Source of the DNA: the human T2T-CHM13v2.0 reference genome, Homo sapiens
Strand: one strand, 5' to 3'
DNA length: 64,000 nt
Assembly (NCBI RefSeq): GCF_009914755.1
Contig: NC_060931.1
Part shown: piece after piece, positions 1 to 11,915 of the stretch
Layout: each line of letters opens with the position of its first letter
Position numbering within the stretch: position 1 is the first letter of the stretch
The notes under the pieces: model-generated
Told to the model about the DNA's origin: nothing
The model's input: the letters and a program-made list of their open reading frames with translations, nothing else
Database searches by the model: none
Translations under genes and position numbers: made by a program

Positions 1-325
1 TTTGTTGGTAGGCTATTTATTACTGACTCAGTTAGAGAGCTCATTATTGGTCTGTTCAGGAATTCTATTTCTTCCTGGTTCGGTATGGAAGCGTATATGT
101 ATCCAGGAATTTATCCATTTCCTTCAGATTTTCTAGTTTATGTGGTTAGAAGGGTTCATAATATTCTCTGATTGTTGTTTGTGTTCTCTAGGGTCAGTGG
201 TAATATCTCACTTGTCATTTTTTATTGTGTTTATTTCAATCTTTTTTCTTCTTTATTATTCTAGCTAGTGGTCTATTTTATTAATTAAATAAAAACATCT
301 CTTGAATTCATTGATTTTCTTTAAA
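1..325 (-). mobile_element. LINE-1 ORF2 segment, inverted 5' portion of a twin-primed L1PA insertion (continues left of window)
   Basis: Reverse complement reads as L1 ORF2 (…aaactagaaaatctgaaggaaatggataaattcctgga…aatagcctaccaacaaa). In L1 this lies just upstream of the tgtacaaa…gagctggtacc sequence that starts at 327 on the + strand. Confidence 0.9.
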
Positions 326-326
326 T

Positions 327-2870
327 TGTACAAAAAAGAGCTGGTACCATTCCTGCTGAAATTATTCCAAAAACTGAGGAGGAGGGACTCCTCCTAACTC
401 ATTCTTCAAGGGTATCCTGATACCAAAAGCTGGCAGAGACATGACAACAACAACAACAAAAACTTCAGGCCAATATCCTTAATGAACATGCAAAAATCCT
501 CAAAAAAAATGCTGGCAAACTGAATCCAGAAGCACATCAAAAAGCTTATCCTCTATGATCTAGTAGGCTTTATCTCTGGGAGCCAAGTTTGGTTTAACAT
601 ATGCAAATCAATAAATGTGATTCATCACATAAACAGAACTAAAGGAAAAAAAAGTACTTAATTTCAATAGTTGCAGAAGAGGCCTTCAGTAAAATTCAAC
701 ATCCCTTCATGTTAGAAACTCTCAATAAACTAGGTATTGAAGGAACATACTTCAATATAATGAGAGCCGTCTATGACAGATTCATAGACAACAACATACT
801 GAATGGGCAAAAGCTGGAAGCATTCCCCTTGAAAACTGGCTCAAGACAAGGATGCCCTCTCTCACCACTCCTATTCAATGTGGTATTGCAGTCATGGCTA
901 GACCAACCAGGTAAAGGAAAGAAAGAAAGGGCGTCCAAATAGAAAGAGAGGAAGTCAAACTATCGCTGTTTGCAGACGACATAATCCTAGAAAATGCCAT
1001 AGTCTCAGCCAAAAAGTTCCTTAAACAACTTCAGCAAAGTGTCAGGATACAAAATTAATGTGTAAAAAGTCACCAGCATTCCTATACAGCACCAGTCAAG
1101 CTGAGAGTCAAATCACAATTAACACACACACTCACACACACACACATAAATATCTAGCAATACAGCTAATGAAGGAAGTGAAATATCTCTACAAGGAGAA
1201 CTATAAACCACTGATCAAATAAATTAGAGATGACATGAACAAATGAAAAAAAGCATTCCATGCTCATGGATAGGAAGAAACAGTATCTTTAAAATGCACA
1301 CATGGCTAAAGCAATTTGTAAATTCAATGCTATTTCTATTAAAATTAACATTGACATTCTTCACAGAATTAGAAAAAAAAAACTATTTGAAAATTCAGGT
1401 GAAATCAGAAGAGAATCCAAATAACCAAGGCAATACTAAGCAAAAAGAACAAAGCTGGAGTCATCAAGCTACCTAACTTCAAACTATACTACAGGGCTAG
1501 AGTAACCAAAACAGCATGGTACTGGTACAAAAACAGACACATAGAACAATGGGACAGAACAGAGAACCCAGAAATAATGCTGCAGACCTATGACTATCTG
1601 GTCTTTGATAAATCTTTCAAAAACAAACAATGGGGAAAGGACTTTCTATTTGATAAATGGTGCTGAGAAAACTGGCTAGCCATATGCAGGTGATTAAAAC
1701 TGGACTCCTTCCTTACCCCATATACAAAAATTAACTCAAGATGAATTAAAGACTTAAATGTAAAAACCAAAAGTACAAGAAACTCTGGAAGATAATCTAG
1801 GCAATACCATTTTGGATACAGGAACGAGCAAAGATTTAATGATGAAGACAACAAAAGCAAATGCAACAGAAGCAAAAATTTAAAAATGGGATCTAATTAA
1901 AGAGTTCTGCACAACAAAGGAAGATGTCAACAGAGTTAACAGGAAACCTACAAATGGGAGAAAATTTTTGCAAACTATGCATCTGACAAAGTTCTAATAT
2001 CCAGCATCTATGAGGAACTTAAGCAAATTTACAAGAGAAAAACAACACCATTTAAAAGTGGCGAAAGGACATGTATAGACACTTTATAAGAAGACATACA
2101 TGTAGCCAACTATCATATAAAAAAAGCTCAACATCAATGATCATTAGGGAAATGCATATCAAAACCCCAATGGGATACCATCTCACACCAGTCAGAATAG
2201 CTATTATTAAAAAGTCAAAAAATAACAGATGATGGCAAGGTTGTGGAGTAAAGAATGCTTATACACGGTTGGTCACAGTGTAAATTAGTTCAACCATTGT
2301 GGAAGACAGTGTGGCAATTCCTCAAAGACCTAAAAACAGAAATACCATTCGACCCAGCAATCCCATAACTGGGTATATACCCAAAGAATATAAGTCATTC
2401 TATCATAAAGACACATGCAAGCATGTGTTCATTGTAGCACTAGTCACAATATCTAAGACATGGAATCAACCTAAATGTTCATCAATAACAAACTGGATAA
2501 AGAAAATATGATACATATATACCATGGAATATTAAGCAGCCATAAAAAAACAAGATCATATCTTTTTGAAGAAACATGGATGGAGCTGGGGGTCATTACC
2601 CTTATCAAACTAACACTGAACAGAAAACCAAATACTGCATGTTCTCACTTATAAGTAGGAGCTATATGATGAGAATACATGGACACACAGAAGAGAACAA
2701 CACACCCTGGGGCCTATTGGATGGTGGAGGATAGGAGGAGGGAGAGGATCAGGAAAAATTGATAAAGAATTCTAGGCTTAATACCTGGGTGACAAAATAA
2801 TCTGTACAACAAACTCTACATGGCACAAGTTTACCAATATAACAAACCTGAACTTAAAATAAAAGTTAAA
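327..2870 (+). mobile_element. LINE-1 (L1PA13-like) ORF2 3' half plus 3' UTR, decayed
   Basis: RT motifs [14 protein letters not shown] (ORF 709-942) and FADD (tttgcagacgac, 969-980). Many frameshifts. 3' UTR ggagggagaggatcaggaaaaa…ggcttaatacctgggtgacaaaataatctgtacaacaaac…cttaaaataaaagttaaa. Internal (CA)n at about 1122-1146. Confidence 0.92.
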
Positions 2871-3171
2871 CTTTAAAAAATGGGCAAATGATGTAAACAG
2901 ATATTTCTCAAAAGAAGGCATACAAATGGCCAAAAAATATTTACAAAAATACTCAACATCACGAATCATCAGGGAAACGCAATTCAAAACCACAATAAGG
3001 TATCATCTCATTCCATTTAGAATAGCTATTATCAAAAAGACAAAAAATGCTGGCAAGGATGCAGAGGAAAGTGAACTCTTATACATTATTGGTGGGAATG
3101 AAAACTAGTACAGCCACAATGGAGAACAGTGTGGTAGTTCCTCAAACACCTAGAAACACAGCTACTATATG
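2871..3171 (+). mobile_element. Older L1 (L1PB/L1MA-type) ORF2 C-terminal fragment, probable host of the preceding L1PA
   Basis: aaaaaatgggcaaatgatgtaaacagatatttctcaaaagaag…; ORF 2926-3108 (IIRETQFKTTIRYHL…) resembles the L1 ORF2 C-terminus. Confidence 0.8.
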
Positions 3172-3365
3172 GCCTTCTTTCTTGAACAGAGGAATCAGTA
3201 AGTAAGTTACATGTTTTTTTCAGAATGCTTTGTATCTCAGATTTTCATTGAGGTTAAGAATTCACAAAATATTTATGACTCTAAACTGCAAAATAAATTT
3301 TCAGGGAAAATGATAAATTTTTAATGCCACTTTCCTTTTTACTCTCTCCTTGCCTATTTACACAG

Positions 3366-3427
3366 ATGCACACAAGCATATTCATATTTTAAACAAAATA
3401 TGCAAGATATAATATAAAAACATGCAG
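3366..3427 (+). other. Candidate 62-nt internal exon (probably non-coding or cryptic)
   Basis: Long pyrimidine tract 3330-3359, then cacag acceptor ending at 3365; donor CAG|GTAAGTAC at 3425-3435. No recognisable protein. Confidence 0.3.
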
Positions 3428-4324
3428 GTAAGTACTTTTTCTTAGGAGAAAAAAGGAAAAGGAAACTTTCATAAATTCAGTGTAAATAGCAAGGACCTCC
3501 TCCATTGCCACTGCTTCCTCAAGTACTTCTTGCCTTCTCCACACCACTCACCAGTGCTCCATATTTTCAGTCACTGATAGTTACCAACCCTGCCTGGTCT
3601 AGAAATCTCTATCACCATTTAGCTGACACATCTTCTGCAAAAGCCATAGTCATGACCAGGGAAACCAGGGAGGGCGAACTACTATGATAAGTGACCTCTG
3701 ACCTTCATACATAGGTTTTAAAGACAAGAGTGGCAAGATAAAAAAAGAAAAATGTGGAGTTCCATATATACTTCCATATTAAATTTTACAACAAGATTAT
3801 ACTTTCTCCCAGTTGGCTGAAAAAAATATAATTTTATCGTTTAGTAAGTCTTAATAATCTACATTAGAATTTTTTTCTCTGCTTTTATTTTCATCCTTTC
3901 TTATTCATGTTTTCAATATAGCCCTGTCTGCTATGGATGGCACAGCATAGCACTGTCTGCATATGTGCAGACTGAAGAACTCCTCAACAAATAATTATTT
4001 ATGAGAGTGTATCTTAGAAAATCTCATAGTTAAACAGGCTGTATTATCATAAGTGACAGAGAAGTGTCAAGCCAAGGTCAGCCAGTAACTCTGACCTCCC
4101 TGGAAAGCTGGACCTTGGCTAGATTTAAGATTTCATGCAGTTCACAAGTGACAACCATATAGTCTTCCTTGAGGGACATGGTAAGATAATAACAAGGAAT
4201 TTCAAAGCAGTTAGAAACCCATGATTTCCCCTGTAAATAGTGTTTTTAAGTGCATGCACATCTCTTGGTTAGTAATAGCCAGTAACCTGCAAGTTGCATT
4301 ATTTACGACACACTTTCATATACA

Positions 4325-4343
4325 TACTGCCACCTGCTGGTAA
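4325..4343 (-). promoter_or_regulatory. CTCF core motif
   Basis: Minus strand reads TTACCAGCAGGTGGCAGTA, a close match to the CTCF core (CCASYAGRKGGCRS), in non-repeat sequence. Confidence 0.65.
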
Positions 4344-6615
4344 CTGTGTAAATATCAGCCCACAAAAAGTCCTAAATCCTGATTTTTCAAAGGACTGGTT
4401 GTTTCAAAAGCCCAATGACTCAGCTTTGGATTTTAATCATTCTTTCTGTTAATAATTAGAGAAATGCACTGGTGTCAACACCTAGATTCAAGTGAATACT
4501 TATGATGATAATGGAGGCTTTTATACAGGGTTTTGTAGTTTAATTGAATCAACTTTTTGAAACAAAAGCAAGCAATACTAGTGAAATATATGGTCAACTT
4601 TTTATAAATACACTGACTAAGTAATTTGTAACAGTCTTTTTATCATTTTTATGACTTAGTTTACAAATTAATTAAAGTTAAAAACATATGACATTCTTAA
4701 TTATAGCTGCTGTTAATATGGAGGGTGTATTATATCCCAACTACATTAATTATCTCTTTCCATCCTTACAGCAGCATTATGGTGCATTTACTGGAAAATC
4801 CCCTTCTTAAAGATGAATTCAAGGACACAAAGCTGATAAGTGGATTATAAATAGATCACTGAATATTGTGAAATATTAGACAACGTCATTGTTAAATTAA
4901 ACTTGTCCTCCAAACTGGCTGACTTAGAAATTGGAAATTGTGACTTTCTAAAAACAGCAAACATTTTTGTTATTTTGCAATAAATCTAATTGTGATCCTA
5001 CACTTAATTATAAAGGGCTTTATGTGACGAAAACACACACGACCGGCAGCTATTTAAAAACACAAAATTGAACAATTAAAATACGTAGTCATGATAGTAC
5101 ACACAATCAGTAAAGGCCTAAAATGAAAAATTATGTGGACATTTCAAAAAAGTTATGCAGTATAGATTTAAATTAGGGAGGAAAAAATGTTGAAAACATG
5201 TCTAGGATGATGATACCTATGCTATTACCTAATACAAATACAAGAAATCATTTCCAAGTAGATTCTAGTGATTTAATAACTAATAAAACAACAAAGACAT
5301 TTTAAAAACATATATTTAGAAGACAAAGCAATTTCTAAAAAAGACATATTAATTCATTTTTTGAAAAGACTGTCGCTTAAATTCTGAATGGTGTCCCCTA
5401 ATGCGTATCCATTTACATAGATTTTAGAGACACAAATGATGTTAGAAGGATGAGAAACCTGATTTGTTTCACCATGCCGCGCTGAAAAGCACAAAGTAAG
5501 ACTTAATCATATTTATAGTAACCATATGTTTTTTATTTTCTGGGACAGTCAGGATATCATATTTGCTTTTCAATAAAGATGACCAGTTAAATTTATAACT
5601 AATATGATTTTATTTTTATGCCTTTAGAGTGATAATAAATATATCACTTAAATAAATACAAAGTACAGTACAAAATGTTTTGCTTTATTGAATGCGCTCA
5701 ATTTTTATTTGGCCAATATAATTGTTCTTTGTGTTGTTGAGCTGTTTTAGGATAAAGGAATTTGGTTGTATCAAGGAACAAGTATGATTTAGAACCTTGA
5801 ATTTTCTAGTATGTCCAGATGTACCTCATCTTATGAAATGATGTAAAGAGTGACCAGCTACCTGTAGTCAGGCTTAGGACCAGTGAAATCCTATGCTCTG
5901 ATTATCCTTTTACCTAGCTCACTAATTTGAAACCCCACCTTTAGATGCCTACTCCTTTATTCAAAGTAAACATAGCTTTATACACTTAAAATTGAATTTC
6001 TCTGTAGAAATCTATAGGTATTATGAGTTGTGCATTTAAATAACTTATATTATTTCATATGATCAGGTGTCATAGAATACTGAGAAGACAGTGTGATCCT
6101 GAAGGGAGAAGCAGAGGTAAACTTCATCTACCTTACTATTATGCTTATCTACATAATATGATGCTGTTTTTGTTCAAATGGACCTAAGTTAAAGCTCCTT
6201 TGTCATGATCTCCAGATGGTTCCATAAACCACATATTGGTAGACTCTAAGATTATTATAATATAAATAAATTCCATGTTAAGAAGATTTTTCTCCTGAAT
6301 TTTGACATATAAATGAAATAGCTGCACAAGCTTTAAGGCACATTACACATATGTGTTATTTTCTTCTTTTCTCGAAGTTAACTATGACCATGTCCATACA
6401 TAGCTCATGTTATGTTCTCAAAAGTAAACTCCAAACCACATTTTCAACCTTATGTTGAATGTTTTTCTCTGATTGTTAATTCAACAGACATTTTTTAAAA
6501 ATTCAATGAAACCACCATCCATTGTCATACTTGCACCACAAGGAGAGTACATGTATGGGTAAGGCCCAAGCTATGCTCTTAAAAAGCTTATAGTCTAAGA
6601 AGAAACAAGTTAAAC

Positions 6616-6825
6616 ATAGGGATATGCTGACAGGTGTTTAGCAATCACCTCTTCAGGGAAAAGAGAGAGCCTGATTTGAAGCATTTGCCAATATTTTTGG
6701 TGTTAATGCTCCCACCATGACAGGTTTTAGGCTACCAAACTGAAGTCATTGAAGTAGGGATTGGGAAGGAAATGTGCATAGTTAGCTTTTGCAAATTTGT
6801 AAAAGTTGACACTAGCACACCATTG
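6616..6825 (-). mobile_element. MER63A-like hAT (Blackjack) DNA transposon, flanked by L2 fragments
   Basis: gcctgatttgaagcatttgccaat…ctcccaccatg…gctaccaa…gggaaggaaatgtgca…agcacaccattg matches the recalled MER63 consensus. Confidence 0.75.
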
Positions 6826-6959
6826 GTTATGTACACATTATTTCAAGCACAATGTGATAAATGATGTGATTGAAACATGTCGTAGTGCTGAGGAAACCCA
6901 GGAAAATGTAGGGAGTTTTGTCGATCAAAATCAGAGAAGGCTTCCAGTAGGGCAAAGTC

Positions 6960-7495
6960 AATAACCCAAACTCAGTGTGATCTCATTATTTCCTCAACTT
7001 TATTATTTTCCTCATCTGCTTGCTTATATTAAAAATAAAATAGTATTTTTAAGTTACTTAGAAGAAATACAATCTTAGATTTACCATTATTTTTCTTTTT
7101 TTTTTTTGTCCATCACCACATGTGTTCAGATGTGAAGCCCCATTATTTTGACTTTCCTTAAAACATTAATATGGATCTCCCGACTTCTGAGCCTCACTGA
7201 CACAATCCTTTTGCCCTGGTCTAAGACACTTTTCTGATCAAGATAAAGCAGACATGCATTTTCAAGATGTTGAAAGAGGTTATCTGTGGTTTAGCATTTC
7301 TAGCCTTATTCTCACCATTCATTATAACTAAATTTTCTTTGTAATTATTTATTTGTCTTTATAAGTCTTCCTTCAATAACTTACAATTTGCTTGAGGGCA
7401 AATGTGTTGTTTTATTCACCACAGTAGCCTTAGGACCTAGCAGGTGTCTCATATTACTATCCCCAATAAATATATATTGATAAATGAATTTATAA
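6960..7495 (+). mobile_element. L2 LINE fragments including 3' end
   Basis: ttgagggcaaatgtgttgttttattcaccacagtagccttaggacctagca…aataaatatatattgataaatgaat is a typical L2 tail. Confidence 0.6.
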
Positions 7496-7639
7496 ATAAG
7501 TATCTACTGAATATTTTTTCTTTATTAGTTCTCTAATTATCCTTATCCTCCATTTTGAGTTTGATCTTCATATCCTTTATTAGACACTGCTCTTTTACCT
7601 ACAATAACATGCATTCTCTCCCTCCTAAGTAACAAATAT

Positions 7640-8000
7640 ACTCAAAGTAACAAGACTTGCAGCTACAGGTTGGTTTTGTTTGGCCTCTCTGTGGCTATAT
7701 GACTAGAAATGGCTTTGTGACTATTCCTATCCAATGATAAGTAAGTGGAAGTGTCTAGGAGTAGTTCGAGGAAGTCTTCTTAAAAAGAAGATAGTAGGCT
7801 TTCTTCACCCTTTTTGCTTTTTGATGCTGGAACACAAGTGTAATGACTCAATTTCCATCAGCCATGTTAGGACACAAAATGACTTCTAAAATGAAGGCCA
7901 TGAACAAGACGGTGAAGTAGCAAGATAAAAAGAACCTGTGTTTATGACATAACTAAATCATTATATTATCTCTGAACTAAATTTCTCAGAAATTAATTGG
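7640..8000 (+). mobile_element. Old MaLR LTR (MLT1J/K/L-like)
   Basis: gctggaacacaagtgtaatgactc…cagccatgttaggacac…aaggccatg…aagataaaaagaacctg resembles the MLT1J-L core. Confidence 0.55.
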
Positions 8001-8664
8001 AGAGATAAACAAAGAACACTGAATTCTCATAGAAACTACTATAATCATACAAACTGCTCCTATTTCTTATCAAATATAGCATAACCCAATATTAACCAAT
8101 ATTGTTTCCACCATTTCTTGCTGTTCCAACTTTATTTTCCAAGGTCATTTTATTTCCTCTCATGGTCACCATTTGTTTCTATTATGCACTGTATCTTCAG
8201 CCTGATCTTCTAAATCAATTACTGATTAAGGATTTCTCAGGGCCCAATACCGTCTTCTTGGGGGACTTGTACAGGTTTTGAGCCTCTCCAAATATCAAAG
8301 CCCGGTATATCTGCATGTGGTTATTGTCTTCTGTTTCTGAAGCCTCTTTCAGTTGTATTCCAGAAATAGCACAAGTTCTCCAAGCCAAAAAAAGCTCTTC
8401 CTTTATCTTGGAGATAAGGAAAAATTACAAACAGACCCCTTTAGCAGATTTGTCTGTAGAATGTATTTCTTTTATTCTGGGTTTAGCGTTTTTCTGATAT
8501 ATGTCACTGGGATTCATGACTACATGGAAATATCAGGCATCTGTATAATTCACTTTGTGAAGTTTGAGACTTTGTCCACTTCATAAGATACTTGCCCCAA
8601 AATATGATGGTGTAGGTAGCTCCCTGGCATCACAGGTGTGGAATGGAAATCACTTATACGTATG

Positions 8665-8860
8665 AAATTCTGTATAGTTTACAAAGTTTGCCATTAATTA
8701 TCTGATTGCAGCCTCACAAAACTTAGTGAGGAAAGAACCAGCATTACTACTTATATATTGCACAAAAAAGGATTGAGACTCAGGGAACTTGCCCAAAGAA
8801 AATAAGAATAATTAAATTCGACACAGGTGTTTTTAATGCCAAGTCCTATGATCCTTCATT
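8665..8860 (-). mobile_element. MIR SINE
   Basis: cctcacaaaacttagtgagg…gattgagactcagggaacttgcccaa… is the reverse of the MIR core. Confidence 0.6.
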
Positions 8861-9002
8861 TTAACATTTCTTTGGACCTCTACTGAGCAAAATTTGAACT
8901 TGGAATACATTTATTATGAGGGCATTAGTAAAATCTTTCATTTTAATATCAACAGGAAATTATTAATCCCCAAATACCTTTTGCCTGGTTTAATCTTGAA
9001 TA

Positions 9003-9295
9003 TGGACTAAGTCATGTTGCAGTAAATGATGGGCTAAAGATTTCAGTAGCTTAAAACCACAAAAGTTTATTTACTGATGCCTTTTAATACATACCCTGAG
9101 TAGATAAGCTGGAGTAATATGTTAAGTCAGTCAGAGACACAGGCTGATGGAAGCATCGTCTTGATTCACGTGTCCACAATCACTGTCTCAGTTCTTGCTA
9201 CAGGGCCCTGTACTAATAAATGCTTCCACCTGAAAGTGACTGTCTTCATTGATGCTCATATTTTACTGGTCAACACAAGTCACATGGCCCCAAGG
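9003..9295 (-). mobile_element. Old MaLR LTR (MLT1K/L-like)
   Basis: tttcagtagcttaaaaccacaaaagtttattt…aggctgatggaagcatc…aagtcacatggcc. Confidence 0.55.
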
Positions 9296-9299
9296 AATG

Positions 9300-9635
9300 T
9301 GTGTTAGTTTCCTAGGGCTGCTGTAAGTAATTACCATTAACTTAGTAGGTTAAAATAACAACAACAACAACAACAACAAATGCTTTCACAGTTATGGAAG
9401 GCAGAAATCTAAAATCAAGGTGTGAGCAGGGCCATTCTCTCTGAAGCCTCTAAAGAGAATCTTTCCTTGTCTCCTCTAGTTTCTAGTGGCTCCAGGTGCT
9501 TCTTAGCTTGTGGCTGCATAACTTCAGTATCTGCCAGTGTCTTCGCATGACCTTCTCTTCTGTTTGCTAAAAGATACTTATAATTGGACTTAGGAGGATG
9601 GATGCAACCAGATAATCCAAGATTATCTTATATTA
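9300..9635 (-). mobile_element. MLT1B/C MaLR LTR (partial) with internal (CAA)n
   Basis: tgtgttagtttcctagggctgctgtaa…aaatctaaaatcaaggtgtgagcagggcca…cttgtggctgcataacttcagtatctgcc. Confidence 0.8.
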
Positions 9636-9880
9636 GTATGTGTCTTGTTGGGATAAACCCTAAATATTCACTTGCCATTTGAGTTTAATTTCTGCTGCTT
9701 TTGCAGGGCTCATATAATTTGGCTTCAATTTGGGTGACTGATGGTATCCTAGTTTCCCTTTTGGAATGGAAGTCAATACTTTCCCTGCCTCTGCACCCCC
9801 TCCCACCACTCTACTTAAGGCCAACCCACATATTTCCATATTTCCGTATCTCTATATTTCCATATCTCTTATATATGGGA

Positions 9881-10490
9881 CATCGTAGGCAGAATTCTAA
9901 GATGGTACCCAAGATTACTGCTCCTTGATTTACATAGTCTATGTAATCTCCTTCCCTTGAATGTAGCAAAATCTATGAAAATGATGAGATGTCACTCCCA
10001 TGATTATGCCCTGGTATATGGCAGATGTTGTTTTAAAGATATAACATTCTTAATCAGTTGATACTGAGTTATTGAAAAAGGAGGTTATTCTGGGAGAATC
10101 GAACCAAATCATGTAAGCTCTTAAAAGAAGTCAGCAATTTGAAGCCAGAAACACTCACCTACTAGCTTTGAGAAAGCAACAGGCCATGTTGTTGAGACTG
10201 CCACGTGTCAGAGAATGATGGGCATCCTCTAAGAGCTGAGGAATTCAGTCCTACAACCACAAGGAAGTGAATTCTGCCAACAATTTGAATGTGCTTGGAA
10301 GTGAACCCTGAGCCCAAATGACAATTGGATTTGGCTGATACTTGGATTTCAGTTTTGTGAGATCCTGAGTAGAGAACCTCTTATGGTAAACCGGATTCTG
10401 AGCTACAGAACTGTGAGATAATAAATGAGTGTTGTTTTAAGCTGCTACATTGGCTGTAATTTGTTATATACCAATAAACAACTAATATAC
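9881..10490 (+). mobile_element. MLT1E-type MaLR solo LTR
   Basis: gtaggcagaattctaagatgg… to …gaactgtgagataataaatgagtgttgttttaagctgcta…aactaatatac; near full length. Confidence 0.85.
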
Positions 10491-11754
10491 GGAGCATTCT
10501 ACTTCTTATTGCTTAGTAATGTTTGGCTTTAGCTTCAAACAAATTAGCCACAACAGTAGCCTAAACAGTGATACTGTCACACATGTAACTCATTGACTTA
10601 CTGTTTTAAAAAATGACAGCTTCCGATTTTTATCTGTGGAATTATAACCCCCTTATAAGTATTGATGCTGGCCCATGATACATCTAAATATGTCACATCC
10701 CTTTGAACACTGGTTTTTTATTCTGCCCCTGGTCATAAAGCTCACCCATGGTGTAACATTAAGCCAATTATGACCCATTCTCTGATTTCTGGTTTCTTTC
10801 TTTTTCGGAGTAATTACTGATGGGAATTCCTGTCTATTTAGCAGCAAAGCCAGGAGGGATTGCAACAAACATATGGTTAAATTGATTAAAATTGTAAGAG
10901 AGTGGTAAATGAAGATGCCACTCTTGGTTACCATCAATGAGATTTCTAATAAGATATTGCTTAGAGTAGAAAAAAATAGATGGTTTTAGATTATGTGAAT
11001 TCAATCATATAATAGCAGCAGAACTGCACATCTAGCATTTTCTTTGTTTTGACATAAAATAAGTTTTAATTTTCACTGAGTTTTGTACTTCTGATTATAC
11101 GGGTATTTTTCCCTTTTATTTCATTGTGTAAACATCTAATAATTTCCTATTAGAACTTTGGTTACATTTGTGTGTATTTATATATAATCCTCTCATTTTA
11201 TTCTTTAAAATATGCATAGTTTTGAATTCCTTTAAACCCATTTGTACTGCACACCTCTGTATATCATGTCAGTAGTGAAAAGTTCATCCCAAGAACAAAG
11301 ATGATGAAGAGGACACCACAGCAGGGAAATTTAAAATAAAAGAAAAAACATATTTATTAGCATGGCTATAAGAAGGAGAGAGATGTATATTGTGTAGAAG
11401 ACCTTCTGCCAACTCCTCAATTTAAACTCCCAACAGTCCTCATTCAAAATAGAAAGAATCCCTCCCCATTTGATGTAAATTCCTTTGCGCTACAAGAATC
11501 TGCATTGGACACAAGGGAAGAGATAGGCATGCTTTCAAGAATCCATGGAGGTTACCAGGAAATCAGGAAAGACAAATGGCAACCAACAAGGAGTAGAGTA
11601 ACTTGGCATTTTAGAAACCTGTGGAACAAATCCAGAAGAAGAAAGGGCACTTTAAAAGCTTGAACAGTCAAGACTCTGATAAATTTGATTTAAATTAAAA
11701 CTACATGTCTCTTTCATTTTTAAAACATGGATCTTGCTTTGTAAGAGACAACAA

Positions 11755-11915
11755 ACAACACAGTGGAAACCTGGCTGCCTGGCTGCTAAGCTCAAGTTTG
11801 GCCCTGTGTTCAGTTTAATCTGTAGTCTTGAGTAAGTCACTAAACTGTCATATCCATTGGATTGCAGATGTTTAAATCACTAAAATAATATTTACCTAAC
11901 TCAGGGGGATTTTGA
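11755..11915 (+). mobile_element. MIR SINE fragment
   Basis: ctcaagtttggccctgtg…tgtagtcttgagtaagtcactaaactgtc…acctaactcagggg. Confidence 0.5.

Noticed and set aside
709-3108. ORFs with reverse-transcriptase-like peptides ([15 protein letters not shown])
   Set aside because: Frameshifted L1 ORF2 remnants, not a gene or a novel RT system.
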